From: a virus
Taxonomy: Duplodnaviria; Caudoviricetes
Length of the DNA stretch: 64,000 bases
Direction: 5' to 3' (one strand)
Virus record (IMG/VR): IMGVR_UViG_3300033066_001351
Coordinates: 30,568-94,567 of that record
Below, one piece after another: positions 29,187 to 37,956 of the stretch. The translations under genes were made by a program, and so were the position numbers. The notes beneath the pieces are model-generated. The model saw nothing but the letters and a program-made list of their open reading frames with translations. It had not been told where the DNA came from and made no database searches. Numbering within the stretch: the stretch's first letter is position 1; every line of letters begins with the position of its first letter.

Positions 29187-30224
29187 AAAGCGAAATGTCT
29201 GCTGCGCTCCCCCCAACACAAGTGCCCCCCGTAGTCGTCCATCCGGATCGGCTGATTGGAGCATCTTCTTCAATTTCTTGACCGACGCCTTGGCAGCTTC
29301 CGCACGCCATTCCAACGCCTGGCGGCAATCATCGGGGATATCCGGTCGGGCTAGGATATCGGCGATGTCCGACTTCCGTAGCCGGTAGACGGCCTTTTTG
29401 CCGTCGTCCTCATCCTCGTCCTCTCCTTCTTCCTCATCCGCTGGCGAGGACCCCTTCAACGGCAATTCAACGCCGCGGGACATAAGCCACGTCTTCAACT
29501 GTTCGATAACCGACGTGGATCGAACGGCGCCGTTGGTAAGGGCTTTCATCGCGGCGTCCAGACGCGCCGTCTCTTCCTCGGCGATCTTGCGCAAGCCCTT
29601 GACGAGTTCAACGTCCATCAGGACGCCGCGATCATTGATGCGGCGATCTATGTCCCGCATCCGATTCCACGGCGGCATCGTGAACCATGGTGGAAGACGC
29701 TTGAGCGTTTCTTCTTCCATCACAACATCTTGAACGCAACGGTTACGCAACCATTTCAGATCGACGCCTCGGATTACCGGCGTCTGTTTCTTGTTGGTGA
29801 TGCGGCGAAGTGTGTTGTTGTCCTTCAGGTCGCCGACATACGGCACACCGACGGCCTTGGCGCATCCATCCAGCGACCGCGGCAGGTTAGCAGCGGCAGC
29901 CAACTGCATGGAGTCTTGCCACTGGTGACGCTGGATAGGCGGGAAACCGTGGCGCTTTACGAGAATTTCGTCCCACGCGATAGCGTCAAATCCGAGGACA
30001 TTCCAGCCCGACAGCGCGCCGCCGTTGATGACGTGTTCTACCAGGTCCTGCGGCGGCGCATCACCCATCACCCACACACTTGGATCGCTCGGGTTGCCGA
30101 TCTCATGATAGGCAAACAGGATCACATCCGTGTCAGGATCCCGTAGGTACGCTTTGGACCCCACCGCTTTCAGATTGGCTATAGCGTGGGTCTCTACGTC
30201 AAGGGAGTAGACGGTTTCCGTCAT
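28884..30224 (-). CDS. polA: DNA polymerase family A, N-terminal fragment (3'-5' exonuclease + thumb) fused to IntN
   Basis: Exo I DVET, Exo II NVLGFD, INDRGVLMD, DGRLRG...GAQQTFRF|C. Confidence 0.9.
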   Translation of the reverse strand: MTETVYSLDVETHAIANLKAVGSKAYLRDPDTDVILFAYHEIGNPSDPSVWVMGDAPPQDLVEHVINGGALSGWNVLGFDAIAWDEILVKRHGFPPIQRHQWQDSMQLAAAANLPRSLDGCAKAVGVPYVGDLKDNNTLRRITNKKQTPVIRGVDLKWLRNRCVQDVVMEEETLKRLPPWFTMPPWNRMRDIDRRINDRGVLMDVELVKGLRKIAEEETARLDAAMKALTNGAVRSTSVIEQLKTWLMSRGVELPLKGSSPADEEEGEDEDEDDGKKAVYRLRKSDIADILARPDIPDDCRQALEWRAEAAKASVKKLKKMLQSADPDGRLRGALVLGGAQQTFRFCLAEGSLILIKTPTGVVEERRIEHVSADDLVWDGVEWVSHDGVVYSGEKDVMEYDGVVATQTHKVYISEVVKMPLSEAAEKSLPLYEGSTCPPKVTKYTG

Positions 30225-30766
30225 AGCAAGCCCCTCCGCTTCATGGCGCCTTCGTATATTCTCAGCATGTCGGGTTCTACACGGGGTATTATAGCCGGCG
30301 GTACTTTTAACGGAGGTAAACGTATTGCGGTTAGGCCGCCTTCTGTTTCTCCGTCAGGTTCAAAACCTACTTTCATATAAGTCCAGCCCCACACAGGCTT
30401 TCCTTTTACCATCGTCGGCTTTACTTTTTCCCGATTGACAAAAGTTATCATGCCTAGATCGGGAGGTTCGCCCATCATGTGTCGGGTGATGCCTACAGCT
30501 TCTGCTATCAATTCAGAAGCCTTTCCTACACCCTCATTGCGGAAGGCCGAACACACCCATGCACCGCCCCACCTATGTCGCACGTATTCAGCGAACGGCC
30601 ACGACGTGACCCACAGCGCCTCGCAATCGTTTTCCTTTGCATATAGGACCATACAACGCCCCGGCGGCACAAAGCCCGGCGTTCCTATTTTTTGTCTGTT
30701 ATAGTGGCGGTCCGCAACTAGGCGGCTACGAACATCTTGCCGATGTGAGAGGCGCCAAACCCCCAT
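30221..30766 (-). CDS. Putative GNAT-fold, Mom-like DNA modification protein
   Basis: ADRHYNRQK..FVPPG, CSAFRNE..SELI, MITFV, GWTY..VGF..GET pattern is reminiscent of Mom/XF1762-like GNATs. ATGA overlap with polA. Confidence 0.4.
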   Translation of the reverse strand: MGVWRLSHRQDVRSRLVADRHYNRQKIGTPGFVPPGRCMVLYAKENDCEALWVTSWPFAEYVRHRWGGAWVCSAFRNEGVGKASELIAEAVGITRHMMGEPPDLGMITFVNREKVKPTMVKGKPVWGWTYMKVGFEPDGETEGGLTAIRLPPLKVPPAIIPRVEPDMLRIYEGAMKRRGLL

Positions 30767-30780
30767 TTTATTGCTCTCCA

Positions 30781-30811
30781 AACAAAACGAGCGCCGCTTT
30801 CACGACGCTCG
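30781..30811 (-). terminator. Intrinsic terminator after the Acb2-like gene
   Basis: Minus strand reads CGAGCGTCGT-GAAA-GCGGCGCTCG-TTTTGTT. Confidence 0.7.
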
Positions 30812-30834
30812 CATGTATCACGCTTTTTTCCGAC

Positions 30835-31056
30835 TTAGCGCGTTACGTGCTTTACGGCCCACATAACGGCTTCTTCCACCTTCGTCTTAGCCAACGACAA
30901 CTCCCGGCTGCCGCCGACTGCATCGATCATTTCAATAAATTCAAGACCGACGTCTTTGATCGCCTTCATCTGCTGCTTCTCAGCGTCAGACAAAACACGA
31001 TATTCGTGCCGCACTACGTTGTTCGCGACACGATCGTCCGATGCACTGTCAACCAT
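30835..31056 (-). CDS. acb2: Acb2/Tad1-family cyclic-nucleotide sponge (anti-CBASS-like)
   Basis: YRVLSDAEKQQMKAIKDVG matches Acb2 YRDLSQEEIDMMNRVKELG (same Y-x14-K spacing). RELSLAKT matches RWLAIGKT. Confidence 0.7.
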   Translation of the reverse strand: MVDSASDDRVANNVVRHEYRVLSDAEKQQMKAIKDVGLEFIEMIDAVGGSRELSLAKTKVEEAVMWAVKHVTR

Positions 31057-31077
31057 AACTATGCGTCCTTTGTGCTA

Positions 31078-31923
31078 TCAACCAGCCGGCGGGAACGGAT
31101 TGCCGCCCGCCGCAGGCGCAGCAAAAGCCGCGCCTGTAGCCGCACCAGTGCCACCCATCCAAGGGCTGCCACCAGCCGCGGCACCGCTCGGCGCCGCCGT
31201 GTCCGACTTCGGCAACGCACCGAAGGCGCTCTTGGCCGCCTTCATCGCGTCAAAGCCGCCCAACTTCTCGCCGTGGCGAGCGAACTGGACCGCGTTCAAC
31301 AGGACGCCGATGCCGCGGTTCGGAATCTGCTGACCAGGCTGTGGGAAAGCGAACAGCGTGATCTGCAGACGGCCATAACAGCCGCCGTAGAACAACTCCG
31401 GCTTCATCGGGCGGCCTTCCTCATCCAGAAGGATCGGCTGCTGCGACTGCCCGGTCTTCTTGTTTGCGGCACCGATGTTTGCGTTCAACGTCATCAGGCC
31501 ACGAAGATGACCGTTCTTCGCCGGGTCCCGCATATATGTGCTGTCGCCCTTCTGTAGCGGGTTGGACAGGCCGCCTTGGTCCTTGGGGACATACTGAAGG
31601 ATTTGCGACCCCGTCATCTGAACCATCTCGTTCGGATTGGACGGGTTGGGCTTTGTCTCCGACGGCCACCGCGCGTCGGCAACCAAGCAGATGGCCTTCC
31701 ACAGATCAGACACGAAATCCGGCGCCATGGCGATGCCGCAAGAAAACTTCGGATCCGGTGAAAAAGAACTTGCGCGAGGCACCGCAAGTGTCGGATACAT
31801 GAGGCGTCCGATCGGCGTCACCATACGGATGTTCTTAAACTCGGGGTCAAGAACAATGTCCTGCGGCGGGGGAGCACATGCAGCGCTGAAAAGATATTCG
31901 TCGCGGTTTGTCGTACCACTCAC
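31078..31923 (-). CDS. ssb: Single-stranded DNA-binding protein (DUF2815/gp2.5-like)
   Basis: GRLMYPTL, PLQKGD, FYGGCYGR, GIGVLLNAVQF...GEKLGG; lies between DUF2800 and polA. Confidence 0.8.
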   Translation of the reverse strand: MSGTTNRDEYLFSAACAPPPQDIVLDPEFKNIRMVTPIGRLMYPTLAVPRASSFSPDPKFSCGIAMAPDFVSDLWKAICLVADARWPSETKPNPSNPNEMVQMTGSQILQYVPKDQGGLSNPLQKGDSTYMRDPAKNGHLRGLMTLNANIGAANKKTGQSQQPILLDEEGRPMKPELFYGGCYGRLQITLFAFPQPGQQIPNRGIGVLLNAVQFARHGEKLGGFDAMKAAKSAFGALPKSDTAAPSGAAAGGSPWMGGTGAATGAAFAAPAAGGNPFPPAG

Positions 31924-31949
31924 TGTATTGATTCCTGTATGTTCGGTTG

Positions 31950-33263
31950 TCAGACTGTTTTCGGCAACGCGCCGAGAACGGGAGGAACGGCTTCCTTCTT
32001 GCCGTCGGCGCGCTTGATATATAGCGCACCTTCAGGGCGCTCCACAAGAGCGTCCATCTCTTTTCTGCGCGGTTTGTCAATCAGTTTTTCGATCTGCGCA
32101 GGCGAGTTCATCGTGTAAGGCTTATAAATGTCGATGACCGACAGACCGAAGTCCTTGCGAAGCGTCACTTCGGCCGCCTTGGCGTCCTTCCACGCACGGT
32201 TGCCGGTCCGCTTGCCCATCTCCCAACCTGGCACTTCCAGACCGGCGGACATCATATTGGCGGCGCGCTGTTCCACGGCCTCAATCCAGGCGTCATAAAC
32301 ATGACGCCGTTCGAGAACAATGGAGATCGCTTCCGGCCCCATGAGAACAACGTCGGGGAGTTGGGGCGTGTTCTTCAGGATAGGCGGCATCGGCGTCGTA
32401 GCGGCGACACTAGCGGCTATCATACTCATAGGCGCCGTGACGGAGGTTCCCGCCATCTGCAGGGCCGGGCACACCGATTTGGCGGGACACCACCGGCAAT
32501 ACTTGCCGGTAGGATCCACCTTCAACGGCGCGTCCGGTTCAAGCGCCGCTTCCATGGCGCCGACAAGTTGACCGACAAAGTCTCCCATCAACTCATTCGG
32601 ATCAAACTCGGCGACCCGAATACGATCCTGTTCATCCCGTGATCGGGGTTGAATGATCGTGGTTCGTACCTTGGACCAGCCACCCTCGATAGGGAAATTG
32701 ATCAACCCCATCAGAGCGTAGTCTTTAAGCTGCGGCGCGTTCGCGGGAACCATAACACCTTGACCGTATTTCAGGTCCATGATGTCCAGTTCACGCGTTT
32801 GTGTATTCACCAGCGCCACGTCAGCGGTGCCACGGTTCTGGCCCAGCAGTGGGTAGGACGCATCAAGCGGTTGGAGCGACAAGAAATACTCCAAGTGGAC
32901 ATTCGTCCACGGCGTGATGACGTCGTTGACGATAGCCGCCGAGAAGTTGATCGCGTCTACCATTTCGGCGTCTACGTAAACTTCAATCGGTTTCCCCGAC
33001 GCGTCCTTCTCCTCAAGGACAACACGCCGATCCGCCCATTCTTCCGGCTCGCGGACACCGGCAAGCGCCTCATTGAACACGAGATGCGCCGCCGTGCCTT
33101 GCAACGCGTAACTGGACGATTTGTTGTCACGCTTTACCGTGGAGCCGAGTTGGATAGACCCAGGACAATGTAGCCACCGGTCAGCGGCGGAAGGGCGAAA
33201 CAGCGTTTCGCCCCCGTAAGCCACTACAAGCCGGTTGAAGGACTCAACCTGCTTGGGTGTCAT
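31950..33263 (-). CDS. DUF2800 Cas4-like PD-(D/E)xK exonuclease
   Basis: PSAADRWLHCPGS, GTAAH, GTAD, DLKYG, QLKDYA, IIQPR, CRWCPAKSVCP. Confidence 0.85.
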   Translation of the reverse strand: MTPKQVESFNRLVVAYGGETLFRPSAADRWLHCPGSIQLGSTVKRDNKSSSYALQGTAAHLVFNEALAGVREPEEWADRRVVLEEKDASGKPIEVYVDAEMVDAINFSAAIVNDVITPWTNVHLEYFLSLQPLDASYPLLGQNRGTADVALVNTQTRELDIMDLKYGQGVMVPANAPQLKDYALMGLINFPIEGGWSKVRTTIIQPRSRDEQDRIRVAEFDPNELMGDFVGQLVGAMEAALEPDAPLKVDPTGKYCRWCPAKSVCPALQMAGTSVTAPMSMIAASVAATTPMPPILKNTPQLPDVVLMGPEAISIVLERRHVYDAWIEAVEQRAANMMSAGLEVPGWEMGKRTGNRAWKDAKAAEVTLRKDFGLSVIDIYKPYTMNSPAQIEKLIDKPRRKEMDALVERPEGALYIKRADGKKEAVPPVLGALPKTV

Positions 33264-34000
33264 TACAGCCCCACCTCCGCTGCCATTTCGGCTGCCAGGC
33301 GACCGCGAAGTTCCGCGGGCACCTGTTCCGCCGTCAACCACGGCGCCTTGGGCGACCCGTCCGACCACGCCGCGCGGCGAAGAACAGGGAAGGTAGCACC
33401 CGGCTTCTTCTCATTGGTGAGAGCCATGATAGCCTTCAGGTCCTCAAGCGTGGTTCCATTTGGATCAATGACTGGGTCCACATGGTCCGGCATCGCAGCG
33501 GCTTGCGGCTGCACCGCCGGAGCAAACGGCGGGGGCGTTGTAGCAGTTGTTGAAACGACGGTCGGCGTGAACATCGGAGGCATCACGCCGGCAAACGGCG
33601 TGAAAACTGGCGTCGCCGTCGATGCGACCGTTTCCTGAACCGGCGTCACGTCTTCTGTGACAGGTTCCTCGGTGACGGTTTCTTCCGCCGCCGGAGCCTG
33701 TTCAGCCGCCTTTTCGGCAGCGCTCTTGCGACCGCGCTTCTTCGCCGCCGTTGGCGTCAGTGCGGCTTCGATATCGTCCGCCTTCTCTGCCGCTTCCTCG
33801 GTGACACTCTGGATGTCGTCAAAAGTCTGGTTGACTACATACTGCGTTTCATCGTCCGCGACGCCGAGATTGTCTTCCGGCACAGGCGCACGATAACTCG
33901 GCGTCAGACCGCGGGCCGCCAACATCAGGTCCTTCGCGGCGCCGGTTACGAGTTGCGGAAACTCGGTCGTCGTCATGTCAAATTCAATCGTAATCTTCAC
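33263..34000 (-). CDS. Acidic, low-complexity replication-module protein
   Basis: Usual position upstream of DUF2800; KKRGRK motif; TAATG coupling. Confidence 0.6.
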   Translation of the reverse strand: MKITIEFDMTTTEFPQLVTGAAKDLMLAARGLTPSYRAPVPEDNLGVADDETQYVVNQTFDDIQSVTEEAAEKADDIEAALTPTAAKKRGRKSAAEKAAEQAPAAEETVTEEPVTEDVTPVQETVASTATPVFTPFAGVMPPMFTPTVVSTTATTPPPFAPAVQPQAAAMPDHVDPVIDPNGTTLEDLKAIMALTNEKKPGATFPVLRRAAWSDGSPKAPWLTAEQVPAELRGRLAAEMAAEVGL

Positions 34001-34224
34001 GGTGTGGTTTCTCCTGTTTGCTTTCGTAGTCTATCAAAAACGCCACAGTCGCAATCCCACGGAAACATGTCCTGATGGAACCCGCACTGTAGCGGATGAT
34101 TCTTTGCGTTATGTGGTGTGTCCGTCCGCCACGGCGTTTCCACCGTAAGGTCAAGCGGAAAAGACGCCGTGTTCGGCGTTGTGATCTGGTTCACGGCGTC
34201 GGGGACGTGCATGGAGTCTGCCAT
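33997..34224 (-). CDS. Small H-x3-C...CDCG protein
   Basis: HPLQCGFHQDMFPWDCDCGVFDR. Confidence 0.5.
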   Translation of the reverse strand: MADSMHVPDAVNQITTPNTASFPLDLTVETPWRTDTPHNAKNHPLQCGFHQDMFPWDCDCGVFDRLRKQTGETTP

Positions 34225-34397
34225 CGATCAAACGCTCCACAATCGCACTCGGTTGCGTCCTGTTCGTGCCAGTAGCCGCAGTCAGGGCTATGGTAGTGGA
34301 CGTTGTAGGGATTCGCGGTCATACGCGCCAAGTCAACGCTGTCAAACCACGAATCAAAAATCATAGCGCGTTCTTCCTGCGTCACATATCGCCCCAT
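34191..34397 (-). CDS. Small H-x3-C...CDCG protein (paralogue)
   Basis: The start overlaps the helicase stop (TGATG); HSPDCGYWHEQDATECDCGAFDR. Confidence 0.5.
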   Translation of the reverse strand: MGRYVTQEERAMIFDSWFDSVDLARMTANPYNVHYHSPDCGYWHEQDATECDCGAFDRWQTPCTSPTP

Positions 34398-35716
34398 CAG
34401 GACGTTAATAAACGGAGAAAATCCGATGCGGCTTGGTGCTTCTTGCCTACGACCGTAGCCATAAGATCGTCCAGCCACACGCCGCGCGCCTGTATCACTT
34501 TCGCCGTCACGGGGCGCGTCTGCGTTATGCGATGCACACGCTTTATGGCTTGGAACAGTGCGGTCGCGGTCCATGGTTGCTCCACTACGATCGTCTGGTT
34601 GGCACGGGTCAACGTCAGACCCATTCCCCCAGCTTGTGTTTGTATCAACAACACGTCCAGGCCGCCACCCTGAAACCACGCTTCCGCGGCGGCAAGTTGT
34701 GACGGACGAACGGTGCCGTCAATATAAGACACTCTCAAGCCTTTATCCGTCAATGCCTGTCCGATTAAATTCCGCACATCCGTGTGCTGGAAGAAAACCA
34801 CAACCGGCAACGGCGACTCCAAAATGACACGTACCGCCGCCTCGGCCTTGGCGATGCCGAGTGCGCGCCGCACCCGTGACATCGCACTATCCTTGATCTC
34901 GTCTTGGTCCTGCAGGACTTGTTCAAGACGCTGCGGCGTCCAGTTCTCCAACAGCGCCATGACTTCCGCCAGTGCGCTATCAGGTATTCCAACCGGCTCC
35001 GGCAACACCGTCAACGGCGGCAACGTGATACCGGCGGATTCCAGCGTCCGACGTAGCGTTATCGGGCGGAACAGGTCCGCAAGGGCTTCCGGCTCCTTGA
35101 GGCCGACGGCCTTGTAACCGTCGCGCCCATCGGGCCGCAACTCGGCAAACCGTGAGACAAAATCGAACCAAGACGGCGCTTCTCCGTATATTTGACGCAT
35201 CGGGCCGTAGGCCAGAGGGTATATGTCCGCCGCCGAATTGACGATTGGCGTCCCGGTCAAGTACCAATTATAAGACGCCCGGCTCCACAATCCGTCATCG
35301 CCCAAGAGTGCGCGCGTACGTGCTGCCTCAAACCGCCGAAACTCGGAGGCTTCATCAGTGATGATGACGTCATATTTCGCGGCGCCGTATAGAGCGTGAA
35401 GGCGTTTCGGCTGGACCAAGGCAGCGTGAGATATGACATCCACGCAGGATCCGGTCGCCGTAAGGCTATCCTTCGCCGTCTCTACGATATTGGTATAGCG
35501 CTCCATTTCCTGTTGCTGTGTGAACGCCCTGGCCCAATGGTTCCGCACCACGGCGGGGGCTATCACGAGAACACGTTTGGCTTTGACATTGTCTGCGGCG
35601 GCAATCGTCTGGTAGGTCTTGCCTACGCCGGGGTCATCATAGAGATTGGCGACGCGCCTAGCGGCCAGGAAATCGGCACCGATCTCCTGATGAGGCATGA
35701 GAACAAGACGCGTCAA
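34397..35716 (-). CDS. SNF2-like superfamily 2 helicase
   Basis: DDPGVGKT, DEAS, LTGTPIVN, GMGLTLT, QAIKRVHRITQ. Confidence 0.9.
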   Translation of the reverse strand: MTRLVLMPHQEIGADFLAARRVANLYDDPGVGKTYQTIAAADNVKAKRVLVIAPAVVRNHWARAFTQQQEMERYTNIVETAKDSLTATGSCVDVISHAALVQPKRLHALYGAAKYDVIITDEASEFRRFEAARTRALLGDDGLWSRASYNWYLTGTPIVNSAADIYPLAYGPMRQIYGEAPSWFDFVSRFAELRPDGRDGYKAVGLKEPEALADLFRPITLRRTLESAGITLPPLTVLPEPVGIPDSALAEVMALLENWTPQRLEQVLQDQDEIKDSAMSRVRRALGIAKAEAAVRVILESPLPVVVFFQHTDVRNLIGQALTDKGLRVSYIDGTVRPSQLAAAEAWFQGGGLDVLLIQTQAGGMGLTLTRANQTIVVEQPWTATALFQAIKRVHRITQTRPVTAKVIQARGVWLDDLMATVVGKKHQAASDFLRLLTS

Positions 35717-35921
35717 CTATGGACCGCGCCAAACACCCGGTCGCGCTCAGTTTCGATGCTGTCGTATTCGCTTTCATTCATGGCGCCGGTGTGCGCCCAC
35801 CCGAGTTCACCGATATTGTTCCGCCGCGCCAGCAGGACATCAGCCCACTTGGCGCCGCAATAACACGAACGGCCACCTGGCGTGTCCTGAAACGTGTGTC
35901 CGGCGATGACGCGATCACTCA

Positions 35922-36152
35922 TCAGAAAAGCACCGTGTTGCAAACTTCGGTCTGGTCATATTGGGTTCGCTCCTTCCACTTCCGGCGACACGTCGCACAG
36001 CGCATGTCCTGCATAACGATGTTCGGATCGCCGCTGTCAATATGGTTCCCGTCGCCGTCAACGACCATCGTATAAGAAAGCGACGTCGATGTCGCATTAC
36101 CGGCGGTGATCCGACATTCAGCCGCCGTGAATTGGCAATCAGGATGGCGCAT
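35922..36152 (-). CDS. Small Cys-containing hypothetical protein
   Basis: Two Cys pairs (C..C, CATC); GGAG RBS. Confidence 0.5.
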   Translation of the reverse strand: MRHPDCQFTAAECRITAGNATSTSLSYTMVVDGDGNHIDSGDPNIVMQDMRCATCRRKWKERTQYDQTEVCNTVLF

Positions 36153-36161
36153 GTTTGGCTC

Positions 36162-36434
36162 CTAGAACGGACAATCAGCGTCGCGCTTTTGACGGTCCTT
36201 GTATTCGGTCAGCGCGTCGTAGAGCGTGTTGGTATCAAGGTCGGCGTTCAGGACCATGGCGAGGAGAGTAGCGATATTATCCAACTGATACTGATACGGG
36301 GCAGCGGTCAACGTGATAATGCGCGTCAACCTATTATTCGTGTCGTCTGTATCTACGATATACACCGTGCGATCATCAATCTCTACCACACGATACTGAC
36401 CGGCACGAATTTCGGCGTCAAACGCTGGGATCAT
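36162..36434 (-). CDS. Hypothetical protein
   Basis: ATGA overlap with rusA. Confidence 0.5.
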   Translation of the reverse strand: MIPAFDAEIRAGQYRVVEIDDRTVYIVDTDDTNNRLTRIITLTAAPYQYQLDNIATLLAMVLNADLDTNTLYDALTEYKDRQKRDADCPF

Positions 36435-36862
36435 TGTGGTTGCTCCAACTGTGTTACGATGACTTCTACTCTTGGCGTATCGCTGTAAAACTTACGCGCT
36501 GTCAACTGAACAATCTGTGAATCGTCGTTCCACACGATATGGTTCACAGAATCAGCTACGAGCTTGAGCACATTGTCAATATCCGGCTTGGTAGTAGGCC
36601 GCACCGAAAAACCTACCGCCGCTGCCCGTTTCTTTTGAGACCATCCTTGCGGGATCGGCATGTAGGCAATGAGATCAAACTGCAACGGCCCGTCCATCGG
36701 CGGTGCGCCCTGCATCGCCGCCGAGGCAAACATCCGAACAGCACCTTCTTCGCTCCGCGTCTTCGGCGGCGTGAAGGCTACGGCGTGACCGGCGACCTTG
36801 CCAATACGAGGGCGCCCCTTTGGCGTCGGTTTCCCCGGCACCGTAAACCTGACTGTTCTCAA
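36431..36862 (-). CDS. rusA: RusA-family Holliday junction resolvase
   Basis: PGKPTPKGRPR, KPDIDNVLKLVADSVN..VWNDDSQIV..KFY. Confidence 0.9.
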   Translation of the reverse strand: MRTVRFTVPGKPTPKGRPRIGKVAGHAVAFTPPKTRSEEGAVRMFASAAMQGAPPMDGPLQFDLIAYMPIPQGWSQKKRAAAVGFSVRPTTKPDIDNVLKLVADSVNHIVWNDDSQIVQLTARKFYSDTPRVEVIVTQLEQPQ

Positions 36863-37063
36863 TGTACGTCCCTATAATCCAAATACGGATAGCGTTTCCC
36901 CGTCACATACGCCTCGTGCCCGCAGGACACGCAACGGTGCAAGAACTTCGGCGGGTCCGTCAGAGATACCTGCCCCTCAAGCCACATCAGGTCGCCTTCA
37001 CGGCAACTCGGGCATATCGCGCATATCTTGACGGACACCAAGGGCACAATACGTTCGCGCGGT

Positions 37064-37276
37064 TCAATTGCTTCCAACCGTCCGGCCTTCCCGTGCCGCC
37101 ACGACATCCGCTATAGGTATGCGGAGCGCCGCGGCGAACGGCTGGACCTGCGCCACGGGCATTTCACGCCGCCCCGCCAACCAGTGGTTAAGGAGAGTCT
37201 TGTCCACCTTCATGTGGTTAGCGATCCAGACTTGGCGCAACCCGCTATCATCGACTAGTTTTTTGAGGTCATTCAT
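37064..37276 (-). CDS. Cro/XRE-type HTH regulator
   Basis: SGLRQVWIANHMKVDKTLLNHWLAGRREMP; first gene of the leftward replication unit. Confidence 0.8.
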   Translation of the reverse strand: MNDLKKLVDDSGLRQVWIANHMKVDKTLLNHWLAGRREMPVAQVQPFAAALRIPIADVVAAREGRTVGSN

Positions 37277-37278
37277 GA

Positions 37279-37350
37279 CGCCGATATGCCATCCGGTGAA
37301 ATTTTTGTCAAGAGGGGTTGACCGAATGTTTGGTGGATGGCATGGTCGGC
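37279..37350. promoter_or_regulatory. Back-to-back divergent sigma70 promoters with a shared operator-like repeat
   Basis: Minus strand: TTGACA(37311)-N17-CATATC. Plus strand: TTGACC(37318)-N17-CATGGT. Both -10 regions lie within GGATGGCAT..TCGGC. Confidence 0.7.
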
Positions 37351-37375
37351 TTCAGCGAGCAAAACATAAGGAGTG

Positions 37376-37603
37376 ATGTCCGTGCCAACTCTGGCAGAAC
37401 GTATTCAGGTTGAAGCCGACGCCTTGATCAAAGGTGATCCACCGCGGGCGGCGAGGCTACGCGCCATCGCAAAGGCCGTCGCCGGTTTGGAATTGTGGGC
37501 CGACACGGCAACAGATGAGGGAATGAAACCGGTGGAAGTGACAGACATAAAGACGGCGGACATCATTCCGTTTTGTCAGGCGTTGAAGGGGAAAGTAGCG
37601 TGA
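37376..37603 (+). CDS. Hypothetical protein
   Basis: AAGGAG RBS; first gene of the rightward unit. Confidence 0.55.
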   Translation: MSVPTLAERIQVEADALIKGDPPRAARLRAIAKAVAGLELWADTATDEGMKPVEVTDIKTADIIPFCQALKGKVA

Positions 37604-37956
37604 CATTCTGGTATCTCGGCAGCCCGTACTCAAAATATCCGACCGGGCTGTATCACGCCTTCTATCAGGCATGCCGTGCCCGCGGCCTACTGGTCCGCGC
37701 CGGTATCCCGTGCTTTTGCCCGGTCGTTCATACCCACAACGTCGCCGACATATGCGGTATGGACCCTCGGAGCCACGCGATCTGGATGCCGAGCGAGCGC
37801 CCGATCATGGAGGCAGCGATGGGGTTGATCGTGTTGAAGTTGGAGGGTTGGGACGAATCGGTTGGTCTGGCCGAGGAAATTGACTTCTTCCGCGAGAAGA
37901 ACCTTCCCGTCGTGTATATGGAACCAGGCGTCGTGCCGGTGGAGGTGTTCGGGTGA
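37600..37956 (+). CDS. DUF1937 / nucleoside 2-deoxyribosyltransferase-like protein
   Basis: YLGSPYS, CPVVHTH, GWDESVGLAEEI. Confidence 0.75.
   Translation: MTFWYLGSPYSKYPTGLYHAFYQACRARGLLVRAGIPCFCPVVHTHNVADICGMDPRSHAIWMPSERPIMEAAMGLIVLKLEGWDESVGLAEEIDFFREKNLPVVYMEPGVVPVEVFG

Noticed and set aside
31950-33263. Cas4 as evidence of a CRISPR system
   Set aside because: DUF2800 nucleases are standard in this SSB-PolA-helicase phage module, and there is no array or other cas gene.
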